Source: an uncultured Erysipelotrichaceae bacterium (GTDB lineage Bacteria; Bacillota_I; Bacilli_A; Erysipelotrichales; Erysipelotrichaceae). Taken from it: a DNA stretch of 32,000 nucleotides. The stretch covers positions 1,320,001-1,352,000 of the forward strand of contig OW818653.1 of assembly GCA_942492995.1 (NCBI GenBank), read 5' to 3'. Positions 19,672 through 30,394 of this stretch are shown here, piece after piece. A program made the translations under genes and the position numbers. Every line of letters begins with the position of its first letter. Position 1 is the first letter of the stretch. Under the pieces are notes generated by a model, which was not told where the DNA came from, did no database searches, and saw nothing but the letters and a program-made list of their open reading frames with translations.

Positions 19672-22600
19672 CTAATAATCAGCTTCTTCTTCCTTACCAT
19701 CCCGAGTCATTTCAGGAGGAAGGGTTAATTCTTCTTGTAATCTACGATTCACTTCATCGCGTTTTTCTTTCATCGCTGCAGCCATTGCGGTAATCGTAAT
19801 GGTACTTTCACGACTTGTATGTGAACCCGTTCCTGCCGGTATTAATTTACCGATAATAACGTTTTCCTTAAGACCTAACAAGTGATCCACTTTACCCTTA
19901 ATTGACGCATCAGTTAAGACTTTAGTTGTTTCTTGGAAGGACGCAGCTGATAAGAATGAATCTGTTTCAACGGATGATTTAGAAATACCTAACAAGACAG
20001 GTTTGAAGGTTGCAGGGCGTTTACCGCTCAATAAGACTTTCTTATTAATGTTTGTAATGTTTGGTAAACTCAATTGAACACCAGCACTTAAGTGTGTATC
20101 GCGTCCATCAGTAACAACAACTTTACGTAACATTTGCTTAATCATAACTTCAATATGTTTGTCAGAGATTTCAATCCCTTGACTTTGGTAAACTTTTTTA
20201 ACTTCCTTCATGATGTAGTTTTGTACACTGTGTACGCCACCTACTTCAAGAAGTTCCTTAGGATCGATATGATCTTCGGTTAATTTATCCCCTGCTTCAA
20301 TAACAGTACCCACTTTAATCCATGGTCTGATATGTTGCGTCAAGGATGCGAAGTGTTCAACACTTTCCTTTTCGTTTGTAACAACGATACGCATTAGTAA
20401 GTCTTTATTACCACGTGTTTCTTCAGAACCTTCAATTGTCTTGAATGATTCTAAGTCACGGATCTTCTTGAACTTAAGTTCTTCTGCGTTAACAACGGAT
20501 AGTAAGTAAGAATAGATATTCGGGTCAACCCCTTCAATCGTAGTAACAGTTCCAGAAATCTTCGATAATAGCGCAGGTTTCTTAGGACGACGTGCTTCAA
20601 AGAGTTCTTCAACACGAGGTAAACCTTGTGTAATATCTCCCCCTTCAGCAGCCGCAACCCCACCAGTATGGAAGGTACGCATGGTTAACTGAGTACCTGG
20701 TTCCCCAATGGATTGAGCAGCCATAATACCAATCGCTTCACCAACTTCAACTTCTTTACCAGTCGCCATGTTACGTCCGTAACATTTCTTACATACACCG
20801 TAGATGGATTCACAACTGAATACAGTACGGATTAAGACTTTCTTGATTCCAGCTTCTACAATACGACGAGCGATATCATCGGTAATGATTTCATCACTTT
20901 CGATAATAACTTCGTTTGTTGTAGGATCAACAACATCTTCTTTAACATAACGTCCAATTAGACGATCGAATAAACTTTCAATAACTGAGTTTGTCTTACG
21001 ATCTACGATATCTTCCATAACGTATGCACGATCGGTTCCACAATCCTCTTCAGAAATTAGAACATCTTGCGCAACGTCAACAAGTCTACGTGTCAAGTAA
21101 CCAGATTCAGCTGTCTTCAATGCAGTATCGGTTAGACCTTTACGCACACCGTGTGTAGAGATAAAGAACTCAGACACGTTTAGACCTTTACGGAAGGAAG
21201 AGTAGATAGGGACTTCGAATATGGATGTCGCATATTTACGTTCACGTAATGCTTCAACCTTAACGGCATCTCTGACTTCAGTTCCAACTGATTCAGGTGT
21301 ATAGGATACTTCGTTATCTTTAACTTCTAAGAAACGTTTGTATGAAATCTTGTTCGAATCAACGAGTTTCTTCGCTAAATCAATGTATGATTTCTCGAGA
21401 TCTGCGTTGTTTTCTTTTAATTGTTTTAATTCTTCTTCATTTAAGTGTTGAAGAATCTTTTCAGAATCAGATTGGATCAACTTACGTGTCTTAGAAATTA
21501 ATTCACGACGTTGCCATTTTGTAATATGTTCTTCTGAAACTTTGTTTTCTGCGATTAGATTTTCCGCAACACCACGGATTAGTTCAAGATTCTTACCTTT
21601 TGATTCAATCAAAATTTCAGCTTGAATTCCAGTTAATGCACTACGGATTTCTGCCGCATCAGAGATTAACATTTCGATGATTAGTTTCTTAGTATCTAAA
21701 CGATCTAAGAAGTCTTGATCAATACGATTTGCTTTAATTAACTCTAAAGCGATAATTGGGAATTGTTTACGTTCTAATTGGTCTAATTCATATGTTTCTT
21801 CCACAATTGACAAGACTTCTTTAGCCCCTTCTTCTAAATAACTAACAGTCTTAGTTACCATAGATTTTAGGGTTAAGTATTCTTCTAATTGTACTTGAGT
21901 GAAACGTCCATCTTCGATGACCACATCACTAATATGTTTGTATGAATCAGCTTTTAGTTTCTTATCTTTGTGTTCATTTAACGCAATTACTTCTTCAGCA
22001 CTGAGTAATTCAATGATGAAATCGTCTTGGTTCTTTAAGCCTTCGATAATAACTTTACGTAATTCAGCTTTTTGTAATAATTCATCGTCAAGACGAAGAT
22101 CATTGATTAAGCTTTCGATTAATGGTTTTAATTCTTCTGAACGTTGTTTCTTACCTTTGATGTTTTTAAGAATGATCTTATCATCATCACTGAGTAAGTC
22201 GACAATTTCAGGAGTTGCTAAGGATAAATGTTCAGCCAACAAGGAAGATTTTTCCTTACGGATATCACTTTCAAGTTTTTGTAACATGGACATTGATACA
22301 CGGTTTTCATCGACCAAGTGTTCAGACAATACATTAATGTACTCATCTTTATTGGTACGTTTTAGACGTAGTGAATCGATATCTCTAGCGGAAGTCATAT
22401 TCTTAATGAAGCTACTTTCTTTTTCAAGGTGCTTCTTAATAAATTCAGGAACAAGTAATAACATATGCGCTTGTTGAACGCGTTTTAGATTCAATGAATT
22501 ATCATTCATTAATTCTAATGCGAAGTTACGCAATGCTTCATGGTTCTTTGTACGGTTAATGGATTGAAGTTCTAATTTCTGATCTGGTGTAAGTAAATCT

Positions 22601-25458
22601 ACAATCATTTCAGATTCTTTGTTTAACAATTCCATAACAGTTACGCGTAATTGACGAGAGATTTCAGCTTTATGCAAGGTTTCTTCAGTTACACGGTTTT
22701 CTTCAACTAAACGACGAGCAAGTGCTTTTAGTACTTCTGAGCGTTCTTTCAAGTCTTTAATTGTTTTTAACGTTTTAATTTCGTTAGCGTGTAATTCACC
22801 AAAGATTTCCTTGGATTCTTCTTTCAATAAATCGAGAATTAAGCTTTGTTTTTGCCAAGAAGATGTTGCTTTACGCAAGATATCATCTAAGCCTTCTTTT
22901 TTCTTACGATCGACGATACTATCCCCAACGCTGCGAATAAACTCAGCACGTTGAGTATGATCTTCAATTGTTTTAATCTTTTCAATATCATCACTTGGAA
23001 TCAAGTAATCAAGTACACCCCATTCAATCAATGCAGTAACTTTATCGATTAGAGGTTCTTTGTTCTTAGTAACATCTTCTGATTCGTATTGTTGTAGTAC
23101 ATCACCACTTGTAGCCGCTTTGAATGGTTTACCCATTAATCCACGAGTACCCGCTAATTGCGTAAAGTGAGACGCATTACCACGCGCACCAGATGTTTTC
23201 ATCATATTGATTGGATTCTTACGAGGTAAATGTGCTTCCAAGTCTTTTCCAATTTCTGATTTGATACGATCCCATAATAACGTAACATGGCGTTCCCACT
23301 CACGAGGCGTTAGACGTCCACGTTGGCGTAATTCCATTAAACGAGATTCTTGGATCTTACCTTGTTCTACAAAGTTCGCAGTATTAGGAGATACGACGAT
23401 GTCGCTTAACGCAACGGTCATACCAGCAATCGTTGAGTACTTAAATCCATTGTCTTTGATCTTATCTAAGATGATCGAAGTTTGGGATGTTCCATAACGA
23501 TTGAACACTTCGGAGATAATTGTTCCTAAGTCTTTCTTCTTATAGTCCTTACTGATTGGTAATTGTGCAATGTAATCTTTGACGTTTTGACCTTGAGCTA
23601 AGAAATAACGTTCAGGTGTTGCGACAAAGTTTTCTTTAGTGACTTCATTTAAGTATGGGAAATCACTTGGGAACATTTCATTGAAGATTAACTTACCAAC
23701 AGTTGTGATTAAGTATGATTTGTTTTGAGCTTCTGTAAACGCATCTTTGTGTAATGTACTTGCTTTAACCGCAATACGTGTATGCAAGTGAATTTGCTTA
23801 TTTTCATACGCAATTACTGCTTCATTGATATCACGGAAAACATGACCTTCATTCTCACCGAATAAATGCCACATCTTAGCTGCTTCTTTATCACCAAGTG
23901 CTTCAAGAATTAATGCTTTTTCATAGTATTCAGATGCTTTTTCTTCCATGTTTAAGTAGAAGTTACCCATAACCATGTCTTGGGATGGTGTAACGATAGG
24001 CTTACCATCTTTAGGACCAAGAATGTTATTGGAACCTAACATCAACACTTCGGCTTCAGCACGTGCTGATTCAGAAAGTGGTACGTGTACCGCCATTTGG
24101 TCACCATCAAAGTCCGCATTGAACGCTGGGGTAACAAGTGGGTGTAGACGAATTGCACGTCCTTCAACTAGTTTTGGCATAAATGCTTGGATACCAAGTC
24201 TATGAAGCGTAGGCGCACGGTTTAGTAATACTGGGTGGTTTTGAATAACTGCTTCAACAACGTCCCAAACGCGTGGATCTTGACGTTCAATCAATTTCTC
24301 AGCACTCTTAGGATTTGATGAAATACCACGGTTTACGATTTCGTTAATAACGAATGGTTTGAATAATTGGATAGCCATTTCACGTGGAATACCACATTGG
24401 AACATTTTTAGATCTGGTCCAACGGCGATAACGGAACGTCCGGAGAAGTCAACACGTTTACCAAGTAAGTTCTGACGGAAACGACCTTGTTTACCTTTTA
24501 AGCTATGGGACAATGATTTTAATGCACGACCGCCAGCCCCTGAAATAGGTTTTGAACGACGTCCATTGTCAATCAATGCATCAACTGCTTCTTGAAGCAT
24601 ACGTTTTTCGTTTTGTACGATAATCGCTGGTGTACCCATATCAATGAGTTTACGTAAACGATTATTACGAGTGATAACACGACGGTATAAGTCATTTAAA
24701 TCACTTGTTGCGAAACGTCCACCATCCAACTGCAACATTGGACGTAAATCTGGTGGAATAACTGGAAGCATGGTTAATACCATCCATTCCGGTTGGTTAT
24801 GAGAATTTCTGAATGCATCAATGGTTTCTAAACGTTTGATTAATTTCTTACGTTTATCGCCTTGTGCTTCTCTTAAATCTTCAATAACTGCTTTATGTTC
24901 TTTTTCAAGATCAACACGTTCAAGAAGTTCTTTAACCGCTTCAGCCCCAGTTTTAGCTGTGAATGAACCGTATCCGTAACGACGTGAGAAGTTACGGTAT
25001 TCTTGTTCGGATAAAATTTGTTTGAATTGAAGAGGTGTGCTTCCTGAGTCAGTAACAACCCATGAAACGAAATATACAACTTCTTCTAAGTTCTTAGGTG
25101 TAATCCCTAAAAGTAAGCTCATACGTGAAGGAATACCACGTAAATACCAGATATGTGCAACTGGTGCAGCAAGTTCAATATGACCCATACGTTCACGACG
25201 TACAGATGATTTAGTTACTTCAACTCCACAACGGTCACAAACAACCCCTTTGTAGCGCACTTTCTTATATTTTCCACAGTAACATTCCCAGTCCTTGGAA
25301 GGTCCGAAGATACGTTCGCAGAATAAACCATCACGTTCAGGTTTTTGTGAACGATAGTTAATGGTTTCTGGTTTCTTAACTTCACCATGGGACCATTCAC
25401 GAATTAATTCAGGAGAGGCTAATCCAATCTGAATCGCAGCAAAATTGTTTATACTCAT
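19672..25458 (-). CDS. rpoC: DNA-directed RNA polymerase subunit beta-prime, unusually long (1928 aa) because of a large internal insertion
   Basis: N-terminal Zn finger CYCGKYKK...CDRCGVEV, catalytic [12 protein letters not shown] (aa 447-458), bridge helix [34 protein letters not shown] (from aa 1432) and trigger loop [10 protein letters not shown] are all present and collinear. There is a 12-nt gap after rpoB. Confidence 0.97.
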   Translation of the reverse strand: MSINNFAAIQIGLASPELIREWSHGEVKKPETINYRSQKPERDGLFCERIFGPSKDWECYCGKYKKVRYKGVVCDRCGVEVTKSSVRRERMGHIELAAPVAHIWYLRGIPSRMSLLLGITPKNLEEVVYFVSWVVTDSGSTPLQFKQILSEQEYRNFSRRYGYGSFTAKTGAEAVKELLERVDLEKEHKAVIEDLREAQGDKRKKLIKRLETIDAFRNSHNQPEWMVLTMLPVIPPDLRPMLQLDGGRFATSDLNDLYRRVITRNNRLRKLIDMGTPAIIVQNEKRMLQEAVDALIDNGRRSKPISGAGGRALKSLSHSLKGKQGRFRQNLLGKRVDFSGRSVIAVGPDLKMFQCGIPREMAIQLFKPFVINEIVNRGISSNPKSAEKLIERQDPRVWDVVEAVIQNHPVLLNRAPTLHRLGIQAFMPKLVEGRAIRLHPLVTPAFNADFDGDQMAVHVPLSESARAEAEVLMLGSNNILGPKDGKPIVTPSQDMVMGNFYLNMEEKASEYYEKALILEALGDKEAAKMWHLFGENEGHVFRDINEAVIAYENKQIHLHTRIAVKASTLHKDAFTEAQNKSYLITTVGKLIFNEMFPSDFPYLNEVTKENFVATPERYFLAQGQNVKDYIAQLPISKDYKKKDLGTIISEVFNRYGTSQTSIILDKIKDNGFKYSTIAGMTVALSDIVVSPNTANFVEQGKIQESRLMELRQRGRLTPREWERHVTLLWDRIKSEIGKDLEAHLPRKNPINMMKTSGARGNASHFTQLAGTRGLMGKPFKAATSGDVLQQYESEDVTKNKEPLIDKVTALIEWGVLDYLIPSDDIEKIKTIEDHTQRAEFIRSVGDSIVDRKKKEGLDDILRKATSSWQKQSLILDLLKEESKEIFGELHANEIKTLKTIKDLKERSEVLKALARRLVEENRVTEETLHKAEISRQLRVTVMELLNKESEMIVDLLTPDQKLELQSINRTKNHEALRNFALELMNDNSLNLKRVQQAHMLLLVPEFIKKHLEKESSFIKNMTSARDIDSLRLKRTNKDEYINVLSEHLVDENRVSMSMLQKLESDIRKEKSSLLAEHLSLATPEIVDLLSDDDKIILKNIKGKKQRSEELKPLIESLINDLRLDDELLQKAELRKVIIEGLKNQDDFIIELLSAEEVIALNEHKDKKLKADSYKHISDVVIEDGRFTQVQLEEYLTLKSMVTKTVSYLEEGAKEVLSIVEETYELDQLERKQFPIIALELIKANRIDQDFLDRLDTKKLIIEMLISDAAEIRSALTGIQAEILIESKGKNLELIRGVAENLIAENKVSEEHITKWQRRELISKTRKLIQSDSEKILQHLNEEELKQLKENNADLEKSYIDLAKKLVDSNKISYKRFLEVKDNEVSYTPESVGTEVRDAVKVEALRERKYATSIFEVPIYSSFRKGLNVSEFFISTHGVRKGLTDTALKTAESGYLTRRLVDVAQDVLISEEDCGTDRAYVMEDIVDRKTNSVIESLFDRLIGRYVKEDVVDPTTNEVIIESDEIITDDIARRIVEAGIKKVLIRTVFSCESIYGVCKKCYGRNMATGKEVEVGEAIGIMAAQSIGEPGTQLTMRTFHTGGVAAAEGGDITQGLPRVEELFEARRPKKPALLSKISGTVTTIEGVDPNIYSYLLSVVNAEELKFKKIRDLESFKTIEGSEETRGNKDLLMRIVVTNEKESVEHFASLTQHIRPWIKVGTVIEAGDKLTEDHIDPKELLEVGGVHSVQNYIMKEVKKVYQSQGIEISDKHIEVMIKQMLRKVVVTDGRDTHLSAGVQLSLPNITNINKKVLLSGKRPATFKPVLLGISKSSVETDSFLSAASFQETTKVLTDASIKGKVDHLLGLKENVIIGKLIPAGTGSHTSRESTITITAMAAAMKEKRDEVNRRLQEELTLPPEMTRDGKEEEADY
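21226..23124 (-). other. In-frame lineage-specific insertion of about 633 aa in beta-prime (aa 779-1411), built of degenerate tandem repeats of about 60-69 aa
   Basis: The insertion is flanked by the conserved [12 protein letters not shown] (ends aa 778) and [14 protein letters not shown] (starts aa 1413). From memory, B. subtilis has only about 3-5 residues between the equivalent segments. Confidence 0.85.
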
Positions 25459-25470
25459 GCCGGTCTCCTC

Positions 25471-28400
25471 CTATTCTTCTTCGCCAAGGTCTTCGTAATC
25501 ATCGGCTCCGACGATCGCGGCCTCAGCGATAAATTCTTCATCATTTTGTAGATCTGCAACTGCTTCAATCTCTTCATCAGGATTAACCGCAACCGCATCT
25601 TCTACTTCTATTTTCTTCATACCAACTTCATCCCCTTGTTCATCAAGAAGACGTACATCGATACCTAATGCGTTTAATTCATGTTTTAGAACTCTGAATG
25701 ATTCTGGAACTCCAGGTTCAGGAATATCTTTACCCTTAATGATGGCTTCATACGTCTTAGTACGACCCATGATATCATCGGATTTAATGGTTAAGATTTC
25801 TTGTAATGTATGCGCAGCACCATATGCTTCAAGTGCCCAAACTTCCATTTCCCCGAAACGTTGTCCACCATTTTGTGCTTTACCACCTAAAGGTTGTTGC
25901 GTTACTAGAGAATAAGGACCTGTTGCACGTGCATGCAATTTATCGTCAACCATGTGGGCTAACTTGATCATATACATGACCCCTACAGAAATACGTTCAT
26001 CGAATGCTTCACCAGTACGACCATCAAATAGAGTAGTCTTACCATCTTCACTCATTTCAGCTTCACGTAGAATGTCTTTTAAATCTTCATTGTTAATACC
26101 GTCAAAGACTGGAGTCGCAAATTTAACGCCTAATTTCTCAGCCGCTAAACCTAAGTGAATTTCAAGTACTTGTCCGATGTTCATACGAGATGGAACGCCG
26201 AATGGGTTTAACATGATATCAACTTGTGATCCATCAGGTAGGAATGGCATATCTTCCACTGGTAAAATCTTAGAGATAACCCCTTTATTACCGTGACGTC
26301 CAGCCATCTTATCCCCTTCAGAGATCTTACGTTTTTGAACGATATATACTTTTACAACTTCATTAACTCCTGGAGGTAAATCATGTCCTTCTGAACGTTT
26401 GAATATACGTACAGATTGAACAATACCACTACCACCATGAGGAACTTTAAGTGAGTTGTCACGAACTTCACGTGATTTATCACCGAAGATTGCTAATAAT
26501 AATTTTTCTTCTGGAGAGATTTCGCTTTGTCCCTTAGGTGTAACTTTACCAACAAGGATATCGCCTTCTTTAACTTCTGCCCCGATCATAACGATACCGC
26601 GTGCATCTAAATGACGGCATGCATCTTGAGAAACGTTTGGAATATCACGAGTGATTTCTTCAGCTCCTAATTTAGTATCGCGTACTTCAATGTCATATTC
26701 TTCAATATGGATTGATGTGTAGACATCTTCTTTAACGAGACGTTCTGACATGATGACCGCATCTTCATAGTTGTAGCCATACCAAGTCATAAATGCTATT
26801 TTAACGTTTTGACCTAAAGCCAATTCACCATTTTGCATCGCTGGTCCGTCCGCTAAGACATCCCCACGATCAACCATTTCGCCTTTTTGTACAAGAGGTT
26901 TTTGATTGATACATGTTCCTTGGTTAGAACGTTTGAATTTTTGTAGAGCATAAACTTTTTCGCCTAAATCACCCATGATTACAATCTTATTCGCATCAAC
27001 ATATGTAACTAGACCTTGTTGAGTTGCGATAACAGCAGAACCTGAGTCAGATGCGATACGGTGTTCAATACCTGTACCAACATATGGAGAATTAGGACGT
27101 AATAGAGGAATTGCTTGACGTTGCATGTTCGCTCCCATTAGGGCACGAGACGCATCATCGTTTTCTAAGTAAGGAATACAAGCAGTCGCAACAGAAACAA
27201 TTTGCTTAGGTGAAACGTCGGCTAGTTCAACCATTTCTTTCTTCGCAAGAATGTGGTCTCCCTTATAACGTACGACAACTTCATCATGTGCAAGTTTTCC
27301 ATCGATAACTTCATTTGCTTGCGCAATGTAGTAATCCATTTCATCATCAGATGATAAGTAAAGTACTTTTTCATCAACGGTTCCATCTTTATTAACAACA
27401 CGGTATGGTGTTTGGATAAATCCATATTCATTCACACGACCATAAGATGTTAAGTTAGAGATCAAACCGATGTTTGGTCCTTCTGGTGTTTCAATCGGAC
27501 AGATACGGCCATAGTGGGATGCATGTACGTCACGGACTTCAAAGCCAGCGCGTTCACGAGTAAGACCACCAGGTCCTAGAGCTGAGATACGACGTTTATT
27601 GGTTAATTCAGCCAATGGATTGGTTTGATCCATGAACTGTGATAATTGAGATGATGAGAAGAATTCTTTAATCGCCGCTGTTAATGGACGGATATTTGTT
27701 AAGTTCTTCGGCGTTAAGTTTGTATTGTCAGTAATTGACATTCTTTCCTTAACAACTCTTTCCATACGGGATAGACCAATACGGAATTGATTTTGGATAA
27801 GTTCTCCAACAGTACGAATACGACGATTACCTAATTGGTCAATATCATCTGTTTCACCCACTCCATCATCAAGATTGAGTAAGTAATCAAATGAAGCGAT
27901 CATATCACTCATCGTTACAGTCTTCTTCGTCATTAATGGATCTGTACCGATGACTTTAACAACATCTGTACTTTCCTTAGCGTAACAAAGAACTTGTTGA
28001 ACAGCTGCACCAATCAACCAAGCTTCAATACCATTGTTTGAACCAACTAGATTCACAAGAGCTTGTTCTTGATCTGATTTAAGTTTCGCAACTGCTTCAC
28101 TTGGTAAGTAACGATCAACTAATAATTCTTGATTGCTTGTAAATACGTCTTGATCCTTCGCAGTAATACGACCTAAGACAAACAAACGTTGTCCATAGTT
28201 CAACACTGCACGAACATTGTTCTTATCTAAAACAACACGACGCGCAATAATACCACCATAGATTTCAATGTGTTCATAAACAGATGCTAAAGCTTCGACA
28301 TCATTGGATGTTAAAACTAAGCCCTTATCATATGTAACACCATTTACTTCACATTCAATCGCTAATACACGACCGATTAGTGCAAACGGATAAGCTGTAC

Positions 28401-29652
28401 TTACTTTTGCATTTTCAGGATAGGAGAATAAAGCATTGAAAGGGAATGCTTCCATATGATGACCTTGATTCAAGATTTCATTTAGGATAGCTTTTTCTTC
28501 ACGTTCAATCTTAGTACCCTTCGCAATAACAACTTGACCTTTTGAGTTAACAATGTCCTGTGCAACGATATTATTGATTAAACGATTTGTAACACCTAAT
28601 TTTTTACCTAATTTAAAGCGTCCTGCTTTAGTTAAGTCATAACGACGTACATCAAAGAATTTTGCACGCATTAAGTTAATCGCACCTTCTTCAGTCGCGA
28701 TTTCATCTGAACGTTGGTTGTTATAGATTTCGTATAGAGCTTCTTTAGTTGTTTTGATTTTGTCAGATACTAGTGTATTAACAACTTCAGGATACTGACC
28801 AAAGAACGCAGTATAAAGTAGAATATAGAGATTTAAAAATTCTCTAGGTTCAACTTCCATTTCAATTTCATTAACAGGAAGTTTTAATGATTGTAGGAAG
28901 ACTTTGAACGCAGACGTATCAAAAGCATCTTCACCACGTTCCATATCTAAAGAGAAACCAATCGCTTTAAATAGGATGGAAGATAATATTTTACGTTTAC
29001 GATCAATACTCACATTAAAGTGGAAGTCTGATGTATTTTGTCCCACATTTTCGCCAGAATAACTAGCTTGTGGATTATTTGCTTTTTTGTAAGCCGTCAT
29101 AAATTCAAGCCATGTACCACGACTTGGAATTAATTCGCTCTTGTAAACTTCATTTAAGCTTGCTTCTTTATCCTTCATATAGAAAGAGTCATAGTAAGCT
29201 CCAGGAGAACGAACAATTTGGGAAACGATAACACGTTCAGCCCCATTAATAACAAATGTTCCTGTATCAGTCATAAGTGGGAATTCACCCAAGAAGACTT
29301 CTTCATGACGTTCTGTTATTTCACCGGTGGTTGGGTTTGTGATTTCTAACATCATCGTCGCTTTTAATGGCGCCGCATAGTTAGCTTCTCGTTCTTTACA
29401 TTCACTGACGGAATATTTTGGTTCTTGAAATTCATAGTTTAAGAAATTTAAACGAATGTTCCCTGTATAGTTGGTTACAGGATAAATTTCTTCAAATACT
29501 TCACGAATACCCTCGCGTTTAAACCAATCAAAAGAATCGGTTTGAATTTCAACTAAGTTAGGAAGTTCTAAGCTTCCACTAACTTTTGAGTAATCGCGGC
29601 GTTTAGCTTTTTTACCGAATTCGACAACGCGGTAATTCTGTTTTTTCTCCAT
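25471..29652 (-). CDS. rpoB: DNA-directed RNA polymerase subunit beta (1393 aa), with expanded N-terminal lobe regions
   Basis: Contains the Rif-cluster sequence [34 protein letters not shown], plus NYEDA and GRHGNKGV motifs. I place the start at the ATG at 29652 because AAGGAAGG lies 5 nt upstream. The track ORF adds 20 implausible residues. Confidence 0.97.
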   Translation of the reverse strand: MEKKQNYRVVEFGKKAKRRDYSKVSGSLELPNLVEIQTDSFDWFKREGIREVFEEIYPVTNYTGNIRLNFLNYEFQEPKYSVSECKEREANYAAPLKATMMLEITNPTTGEITERHEEVFLGEFPLMTDTGTFVINGAERVIVSQIVRSPGAYYDSFYMKDKEASLNEVYKSELIPSRGTWLEFMTAYKKANNPQASYSGENVGQNTSDFHFNVSIDRKRKILSSILFKAIGFSLDMERGEDAFDTSAFKVFLQSLKLPVNEIEMEVEPREFLNLYILLYTAFFGQYPEVVNTLVSDKIKTTKEALYEIYNNQRSDEIATEEGAINLMRAKFFDVRRYDLTKAGRFKLGKKLGVTNRLINNIVAQDIVNSKGQVVIAKGTKIEREEKAILNEILNQGHHMEAFPFNALFSYPENAKVSTAYPFALIGRVLAIECEVNGVTYDKGLVLTSNDVEALASVYEHIEIYGGIIARRVVLDKNNVRAVLNYGQRLFVLGRITAKDQDVFTSNQELLVDRYLPSEAVAKLKSDQEQALVNLVGSNNGIEAWLIGAAVQQVLCYAKESTDVVKVIGTDPLMTKKTVTMSDMIASFDYLLNLDDGVGETDDIDQLGNRRIRTVGELIQNQFRIGLSRMERVVKERMSITDNTNLTPKNLTNIRPLTAAIKEFFSSSQLSQFMDQTNPLAELTNKRRISALGPGGLTRERAGFEVRDVHASHYGRICPIETPEGPNIGLISNLTSYGRVNEYGFIQTPYRVVNKDGTVDEKVLYLSSDDEMDYYIAQANEVIDGKLAHDEVVVRYKGDHILAKKEMVELADVSPKQIVSVATACIPYLENDDASRALMGANMQRQAIPLLRPNSPYVGTGIEHRIASDSGSAVIATQQGLVTYVDANKIVIMGDLGEKVYALQKFKRSNQGTCINQKPLVQKGEMVDRGDVLADGPAMQNGELALGQNVKIAFMTWYGYNYEDAVIMSERLVKEDVYTSIHIEEYDIEVRDTKLGAEEITRDIPNVSQDACRHLDARGIVMIGAEVKEGDILVGKVTPKGQSEISPEEKLLLAIFGDKSREVRDNSLKVPHGGSGIVQSVRIFKRSEGHDLPPGVNEVVKVYIVQKRKISEGDKMAGRHGNKGVISKILPVEDMPFLPDGSQVDIMLNPFGVPSRMNIGQVLEIHLGLAAEKLGVKFATPVFDGINNEDLKDILREAEMSEDGKTTLFDGRTGEAFDERISVGVMYMIKLAHMVDDKLHARATGPYSLVTQQPLGGKAQNGGQRFGEMEVWALEAYGAAHTLQEILTIKSDDIMGRTKTYEAIIKGKDIPEPGVPESFRVLKHELNALGIDVRLLDEQGDEVGMKKIEVEDAVAVNPDEEIEAVADLQNDEEFIAEAAIVGADDYEDLGEEE

Positions 29653-29733
29653 ATACGCCTTCCTTTCATATATAAATGACACAAAAATGGGCATTCTTTC
29701 CCATCGTATCATTTAACATTTATGCAATTTATA

Positions 29734-29762
29734 ATACTACCAAAAAGATAGTATTAAGTCAA
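29734..29762 (-). promoter_or_regulatory. Candidate promoter upstream of rpoB (TTGACT-17-TAGTAT), overlapping the last codons of the methyltransferase gene
   Basis: The minus strand reads TTGACT (29757-29762), a 17-nt spacer, then TAGTAT (29734-29739). An 80-nt leader follows, containing a small hairpin ATGGG..CCCAT plus TTTTT. Confidence 0.3.
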
Positions 29763-30353
29763 TGGTTTTTGAGCAAATAGTATCTCAAAACCTTTATTTA
29801 GATCCAGACGTTCTACATGCGCAAAACGTTCCTGAAGTGCTTTATGAGCAGATGCGGCTCCTTGTTGGCGACGAATCACCACATAGAAACCTCCATCTTG
29901 ATTCAAATGTGATTGAGCATAATCGAAGAAAGCATAGACTACTTTCTTTCCAGCTCGGATTGGTGGGTTCGTCACAATACAATCAAATGTTCCTTCAAGC
30001 CCCAATAATATATCTTGGTTTATAAAGTCAACATCCAACTTCATTGCCTTAGCACTCTCAATCGCACAAGTAATGGCACGTTCATTCACATCAATACCTG
30101 TTACATCTAATTCTTTAATTTGATGCTTCAGTAAGAGTGAAATTAATCCATAACCACAACCCATATCCAATACTTTACCGTTCGGAGCATGTTTTAGTAC
30201 GTTCTCAACTAGCAACAAAGATCCATCATCTGGCTTTGTCTTCGAGAAAACTCCCGCATCAACTTGCAAAGTATAGAAAATGCCCAAAAACCGGAAAGTT
30301 ATTTCCTTCCGGTTATGGGGTAAATTTTCTGAGTTTTTAAAGTAATGTGTCAA
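29754..30353 (-). CDS. Class I SAM-dependent methyltransferase (RsmC/RsmD-like small-domain family; positional equivalent of B. subtilis ybxB)
   Basis: 199 aa with SAM motif I VLDMGCGYGLISL and the substrate motif IVTNPPIRAG. It has a TTG start at 30353, with GAAGGGGGG 5 nt upstream. It lies between rplL and rpoB, as ybxB does in Bacillus. Confidence 0.85.
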   Translation of the reverse strand: MTHYFKNSENLPHNRKEITFRFLGIFYTLQVDAGVFSKTKPDDGSLLLVENVLKHAPNGKVLDMGCGYGLISLLLKHQIKELDVTGIDVNERAITCAIESAKAMKLDVDFINQDILLGLEGTFDCIVTNPPIRAGKKVVYAFFDYAQSHLNQDGGFYVVIRRQQGAASAHKALQERFAHVERLDLNKGFEILFAQKPLT

Positions 30354-30394
30354 AATGACCCCCCTTCACAACACTAAGTGTTTGTGAAAAAGGA

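Noticed and set aside
21899-22477. 192-aa plus-strand ORF lying entirely inside the rpoC insertion, which might be an independent gene hidden in the insert.
   Set aside because: It is antisense to a continuous 1928-codon frame. It is Ser/Leu/Phe-rich, the low-complexity composition typical of a shadow frame opposite an E/K/L-rich sequence. I saw no SD or promoter signal in front of it. The same reasoning applies to the other antisense track ORFs: 422..652, 1153..1395, 1489..1824, 3374..3619, 3656..3964, 4953..5294, 6035..6406, 16697..17044, 23207..23497, 30378..30818, 31635..31940 and others.
21226-23124. The possibility that the rpoC insertion is an intein or an inserted mobile element.
   Set aside because: The insert starts with F-K-A and ends with ...Y-A-T-S followed by I. 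It therefore lacks the N-terminal Cys/Ser and the C-terminal His-Asn plus Cys/Ser/Thr of an intein. There are no homing-endonuclease, transposase or integrase motifs and no flanking nucleotide repeats. The content is a helical tandem repeat in frame with the host protein.
19527-30315. Recurrence of the CGGAAG / CCGGAAGG motif. It occurs twice in the rpsL leader, once in the rplW-rplB spacer and once inside the methyltransferase coding region at 30291-30315.
   Set aside because: A 6-8-mer recurring a few times in 64 kb of two-strand sequence is within chance expectation. One copy is coding. Only the two leader copies are retained, as part of the rpsL-leader finding.
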